Positions 60,119-64,000 of a stretch of 64,000 nucleotides of DNA are shown one piece after another. The number at the start of each line of letters is the position of its first letter. Position 1 is the stretch's first letter. The translations under genes and the position numbers were made by a program. Source of the stretch: an uncultured Lachnospiraceae bacterium (GTDB lineage: Bacteria; Bacillota; Clostridia; Lachnospirales; Anaerotignaceae). The notes beneath the pieces are model-generated. The model had not been told where the DNA came from, ran no database searches, and saw only the letters and a list, made by a program, of their open reading frames with translations. The stretch is from NCBI GenBank assembly GCA_944380405.1, contig CALWHO010000181.1:74-64073 (forward strand). Direction: 5' to 3'.

Positions 60119-60687
60119 TACTTCTTCAGCTTTATATTGAATTTGCAAAAATAGGTCTTTTTTCCATAGGAGGAGGTCTTGCAACACTGCCTTTCCTTTA
60201 CGATATTTCTGATAGAACAATGTGGTTTTCTCATGCAGATATAGTTAATATGATAGCTATATCAGAGTCTACACCAGGCGCCATAGGCATAAACATGGCA
60301 ACATACGCAGGCTACACAACAGCAGGCATAATAGGCGGTATAGTTGCTACACTTGGTCTTATAACGCCAGCCATAATTGTTATATACATAATAGCCAGAA
60401 TACTTAATATATTCATGGGCAATAAATACGTTGAAAATGCATTTTATGGACTTAGACCTGCTTCAATAGCACTTATAGCAGCAGCAGGCATAAGCGTTAT
60501 GAAAGTTTCAATGCTTAACCTTGATAAATATGCTCGGACAAATAATGCTTTGGATATATTCTCTTTTAAAGCAATAATACTTGTAATTGTGCTTTATGTT
60601 CTTCAAAAGAAATTTAATAAAGTACACCCTGTAGCATTTATAGCACTTTCTGCCGTAGTTGGTATTGTGTTTAACTTTGCAGCATAA
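60115..60687 (+). CDS. chromate transporter family protein (ChrA half-size, C-type)
   Basis: The sequence IGGGLATLPFL...ESTPGA marks a paired half-transporter. Confidence 0.8.
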   Translation: MILLQLYIEFAKIGLFSIGGGLATLPFLYDISDRTMWFSHADIVNMIAISESTPGAIGINMATYAGYTTAGIIGGIVATLGLITPAIIVIYIIARILNIFMGNKYVENAFYGLRPASIALIAAAGISVMKVSMLNLDKYARTNNALDIFSFKAIILVIVLYVLQKKFNKVHPVAFIALSAVVGIVFNFAA

Positions 60688-60725
60688 AAAAAGGTTTCGG
60701 AATTAATTTTCCGAAACCTTTTTTA
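60688..60725. terminator. bidirectional terminator
   Basis: aaggtttcgg-aattaatttt-ccgaaacctt forms a 10 bp stem flanked by an A-run and a T-run. Confidence 0.7.
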
Positions 60726-61463
60726 TTATTCTCCTCCAAAAAGCTCGCAAACTTCTTTGTAGCTCTTTGGTGTGCCTATGTCATAACATTCTTCGTTAAA
60801 CTTAAATGCATATACGTCCTTTTTGCTGCAAAGCCACTGAGCAAAATATCCAGGTGCATCTGGCTTATTGCCCTCTTCAATATATTCCTTAAACATAGGA
60901 ATAGTGTCCTTTTTGTACATGTATGCAGCATATACAACCATGTTGCTTTTTGGATTTTCAGGTTTTTCCTCTATTTCTATAACCTTGCCGTCATCTTCCA
61001 AAAGAGCTATACCAAATGACTTAAGAAGCTCTTCGTCGAAAAATGGCTTTACACAAACACAGTCACAGTCTTTTTCTTTGTAGAACTTATAATATTCCTC
61101 AAGAGAATATGTAAAGAAGTTATCTCCTGCCACAACAAATATTTCATCATCAATATTCATCTCATCTATTGTGTATAAAATATCGCCAATAGCACCTCTT
61201 CTTGTTTCTTCTGTTGTTGTGCCGTCATCAATAACCTTTATAGCTTTAGAGCATTTGTAGTCCTTTGCCCAATCTTCAAATTGCTGTGCAAACTTATGGT
61301 TAGAAACCATATAAATTTCGTCTACAGCATCAATTTTGTCTATTTCATCAATTATATACCCTGCAATGGCTTTTCCCTTAATAGGCAAAAGTGCTTTAGG
61401 TCTGTCTAAAGTAAGAGGATACAGTCTTGTTGCATATCCAGCAACCAAAATTATAGCTTTCAT
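60726..61463 (-). CDS. sugar-phosphate nucleotidyltransferase family protein
   Basis: The protein starts MKAIILVAGYATRLYPLTLDRPKALLPI, the G-x-G-T-R-L signature. The ATG at 61463 follows AAGGATGTGG. Confidence 0.8.
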   Translation of the reverse strand: MKAIILVAGYATRLYPLTLDRPKALLPIKGKAIAGYIIDEIDKIDAVDEIYMVSNHKFAQQFEDWAKDYKCSKAIKVIDDGTTTEETRRGAIGDILYTIDEMNIDDEIFVVAGDNFFTYSLEEYYKFYKEKDCDCVCVKPFFDEELLKSFGIALLEDDGKVIEIEEKPENPKSNMVVYAAYMYKKDTIPMFKEYIEEGNKPDAPGYFAQWLCSKKDVYAFKFNEECYDIGTPKSYKEVCELFGGE

Positions 61464-61482
61464 TATTCCACATCCTTGTCTT

Positions 61483-62454
61483 TTAAGCGCCAAAATAATC
61501 TCGTTTAATATTTTCTAAATAATCAGGCAAATCCGCCTTAAATTCCTTGCCGTAAAGATAGCCTAAAGGGCCTTCTTTCTCCTGCCATACAACCTTGTAA
61601 GCAAAAAGATACTGGTTATTAAGACCGTATTTGTCTTTAAACCTTCTGTTTATTCTTTCCTCACCGTATTTTCTGTCGCCTATTACAGGATAGTCCATTG
61701 ACTTAAGGTGTGCTCTAATCTGATGTGACTTACCTGTTATAAGGTCTATTTCAAGAAGTGAGTAGTTGTCCTTTACGCATAAAGGCAGAACCTTTGTAAA
61801 TATTTTTTTGGCACCAGGTGTTTCTTTTTTAAGCACCTTAACTTTGTTTGTAAACTCGTCTTTAATATGATATCCGTAAAGCTCCTTTTCCTCTTCAAAA
61901 GTGCCTCTTACCATTGTAATATAGTATTTCTTCACTTTTCTTTCGGCTATAGCCTTGTTGACTGCCTGAACAGCCTTTATGTTTTTACCAGCTATAACTA
62001 TACCGCCTGTGTTTCTGTCAAGCCTATTGCATACGGCAGGGGTAAAGGAACTATCCTTTGATGGCACGTACTGCCCTTTTTCATAAAGATAGTACAAAAT
62101 CTGGTCGATAAGGGTATTTTTATCATCGCTTTTTTCAGGATGTACCAAAAGCCCAGCAGGCTTTGAAACAATGAGTATATTATCATCTTCATAAACTATA
62201 CCAAAATGCCTTTCAGCCTTTGGCACAGCTTTTTCCTCCATAAAGCTATCCATTGTTTCCTCTGCAAGGTACATCTGCAAAGTATCGCCCTTTTTAATTA
62301 ATTCGCTGCCTTCTGCCTTTTTGCCGTTGTACTTAATACGCTTTTTTCTAAGCATTTTGTAAACGAAAGACTTTGGGGCAGTATTAAAATACTTGAAAAG
62401 GAATTTATCAAGTCTTTGATTTTCTTCCATTTCAGTAATGTTTAACTGTTTCAT
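61483..62454 (-). CDS. RluA/RluD-family 23S rRNA pseudouridine synthase
   Basis: It has an S4-like N-terminus, an HRLD-type catalytic motif (CNRLDRNTGG), and GKSHQIRAH. Confidence 0.85.
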   Translation of the reverse strand: MKQLNITEMEENQRLDKFLFKYFNTAPKSFVYKMLRKKRIKYNGKKAEGSELIKKGDTLQMYLAEETMDSFMEEKAVPKAERHFGIVYEDDNILIVSKPAGLLVHPEKSDDKNTLIDQILYYLYEKGQYVPSKDSSFTPAVCNRLDRNTGGIVIAGKNIKAVQAVNKAIAERKVKKYYITMVRGTFEEEKELYGYHIKDEFTNKVKVLKKETPGAKKIFTKVLPLCVKDNYSLLEIDLITGKSHQIRAHLKSMDYPVIGDRKYGEERINRRFKDKYGLNNQYLFAYKVVWQEKEGPLGYLYGKEFKADLPDYLENIKRDYFGA

Positions 62455-62471
62455 TACCCTTATCTCCTGTA

Positions 62472-63576
62472 TTATCCATGTATCCAGCTTAAGTAAGCAT
62501 TAATAAAGCTGTCTATGTTACCGTCCATAACTGACTGAATATTACCTGTTTCTTCACCTGTTCTAACGTCTTTAACCATTGTATAAGGCATAAATACATA
62601 GCTTCGTATCTGGCTGCCCCAAGCATTAATCTTAACATCGCCTCTGATTTCAGCAAGCTTAGCCATCTGTTCTTCAATCTTAAGCTCAAGAAGCTTTGAT
62701 TTAAGCATTTTCATAGCCATGTCTTTGTTGCTGTGCTGGCTTCTTTCGTTCTGACACTGAACAACAATACCTGTTGGGAAGTGTGTGATACGAATAGCTG
62801 AAGATGTTTTGTTAACGTGCTGACCGCCGGCACCGCTGGCACGGTATGTATCAACACGAATGTCATCAGGGTTTACCTGTATTTCTATATCGTCATCAAT
62901 TTCAGGCATTACGTCAGCAGAAGCAAATGATGTATGTCTTCTTCCTGAAGAGTCGAAAGGTGAAACTCTTACAAGACGGTGAACGCCTTTTTCGCTTTTA
63001 AGATAACCATAAGCATTCATACCTGAAACCTGGAATGTAACAGATTTTATACCAGCTTCATCGCCTTCAAGGTAGTCGAGAGTTTCAACAGAGAAGCCTC
63101 TTTTTTCTGCCCATCTTGTGTACATTCTAAAAAGCATGCTTACCCAGTCACAAGCCTCTGTACCGCCTTCACCTGCATGAAGTGTAACAATGGCATTTTC
63201 CTTGTCATATTCTCCATCAAGAAGTGTTGAAACTTTAAGCTCGTCATATTCCTGAAGGAATTCAGTTTTTAATGTCTTGGCTTCTTCAAGAAGTTCTTCG
63301 TCTGCTTCTTCTCTGCCCATTTCTATAATTGTGTTAATTTCTTCGTATTTTGCTACAAGGTCATCATAGCCCTGTACCTTTGATTTAAGAGCAGCTGTCT
63401 GCTGGAGTATTTTTTTACTCTTTTCCATATCGTTCCAGAAATCTGGATCGGCTGCTATTTCTTCAAGCTCACTTATCTTGTCACGGCATTGAGCGACGTC
63501 AAAGTAAAGCCCCCATTTCCTCTAATTTTTCGTCATAAGAGCTAAGCTCCTGAGCTATCTGTTCAAGCTCGAACAT
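62472..63576 (-). CDS. prfB: peptide chain release factor 2, requiring a programmed +1 frameshift
   Basis: ORF0 ([25 protein letters not shown]) ends at an in-frame TGA within CTT TGA C (63504-63498), preceded by the SD-like GGGGG. The body (62472-63428 plus upstream) contains the SPF and GGQ motifs. Confidence 0.9.
63498..63514 (-). promoter_or_regulatory. prfB +1 frameshift site (SD-like GGGGG plus CUU UGA C)
   Basis: The minus-strand sequence is atGGGGGctttaCTTTGAC. Confidence 0.85.
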
Positions 63577-63692
63577 AAATTATCAACTCCTTAAAAAACT
63601 AATTTTTTTCATATAGTGACAATAAATAATTATATATATTTAAATTACAGCCTGCAATAACTATTTTATCACAGGCTGTCTTTTAACGGTTT

Positions 63693-64000
63693 TTATTCAT
63701 TTCTTCCGCAGCAGTTTTTGTATTTTAATCCGCTTCCGCATGGACAAGGATCGTTTCTTCCAACCTTCTGTTCAGCTCTTTTTTTAGGAGCCTTTGCTAA
63801 TGAGTCGTCTTTATTTGTAAACATAGGCTGAGCTACTTCTTCTCTCTTTGGCTCTTCCTGTTTAACTATTCTTACATGGAAAAGACCTCTTACAGTTTCT
63901 TTCTGTATGTTGTAGCTAAGTTCGTTAAACATGTCATAACTTGCGTATTTGTACTCAATAAGAGGGTCTCTCTGGGCATAAGCATGAAGACCGATACCCT
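63693..64000 (-). CDS. secA: preprotein translocase ATPase SecA, C-terminal end (truncated by the window edge)
   Basis: The C-terminal tail ...[30 protein letters not shown] is the SecA zinc-binding motif. The frame stays open to 64000, and secA-prfB synteny is present. Confidence 0.85.
   Translation of the reverse strand, partial: GIGLHAYAQRDPLIEYKYASYDMFNELSYNIQKETVRGLFHVRIVKQEEPKREEVAQPMFTNKDDSLAKAPKKRAEQKVGRNDPCPCGSGLKYKNCCGRNE

Noticed and set aside
59573-60687. The two overlapping half-size chrA genes as a frameshifted single gene.
   Set aside because: Paired short ChrA genes with a 4-nt overlap (ATGA) are a normal arrangement. Each half has its own complete motif set.

Overview
This 64 kb window looks like a chromosomal core region of a low-GC, spore-forming Firmicute of the Clostridia type. 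That call rests on gene content and synteny only. Almost all of the window is densely packed housekeeping genes.

Gene content, in order:
- scfA-scfB (SCIFF ranthipeptide pair), secDF, recJ, apt, rplS, lepB, rbgA, cls
- dnaD-like and dnaI-like replication genes, a TagO/WecA-type transferase, upp, rpiB, an LMW phosphatase, tsaC, pyrG
- a cyclophilin lipoprotein, maf, and the rnfCDGEAB operon, which is divergent from rpoN
- recO, yqzL, era, udg, cdd, ybeY, an HD membrane protein, phoH, yqfD, yqfC
- mreBCD, PBP2, minCDE, rodA, mgsA
- eno, gpmI, tpiA, pgk
- a second signal peptidase, a split chrA pair, a nucleotidyltransferase, a pseudouridine synthase, prfB, and the 3' end of secA

I saw no rRNA or tRNA genes, no CRISPR array, and no transposase or integrase.

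Points worth a second look:
1. A family of roughly 200-290 nt structured intergenic repeats, called E elements here, occurs three times. Stem covariation between copies supports a conserved fold. Two copies sit between near-identical duplicated copies of the host gene's terminator hairpin.
2. A 1 kb GC-rich tandem array of a second structured repeat (F2) lies at 16.0-17.05 kb. It shares a roughly 50 nt two-hairpin sub-module with one E copy.
3. A small accessory islet at 14.2-16.0 kb carries three tandem XRE-type paralogues, divergent from a SLOG/DUF1273 gene.
4. Two coding anomalies sit at homopolymers. rbgA is frame-broken at an A5 run. A length-preserving A18 tract replaces the ADHGN metal-binding motif of gpmI.
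5. The canonical prfB +1 frameshift site is present, and an unlisted yqzL-like small ORF lies between era and recO.

I cannot assign the repeats to a known RNA or mobile-element family from sequence alone.
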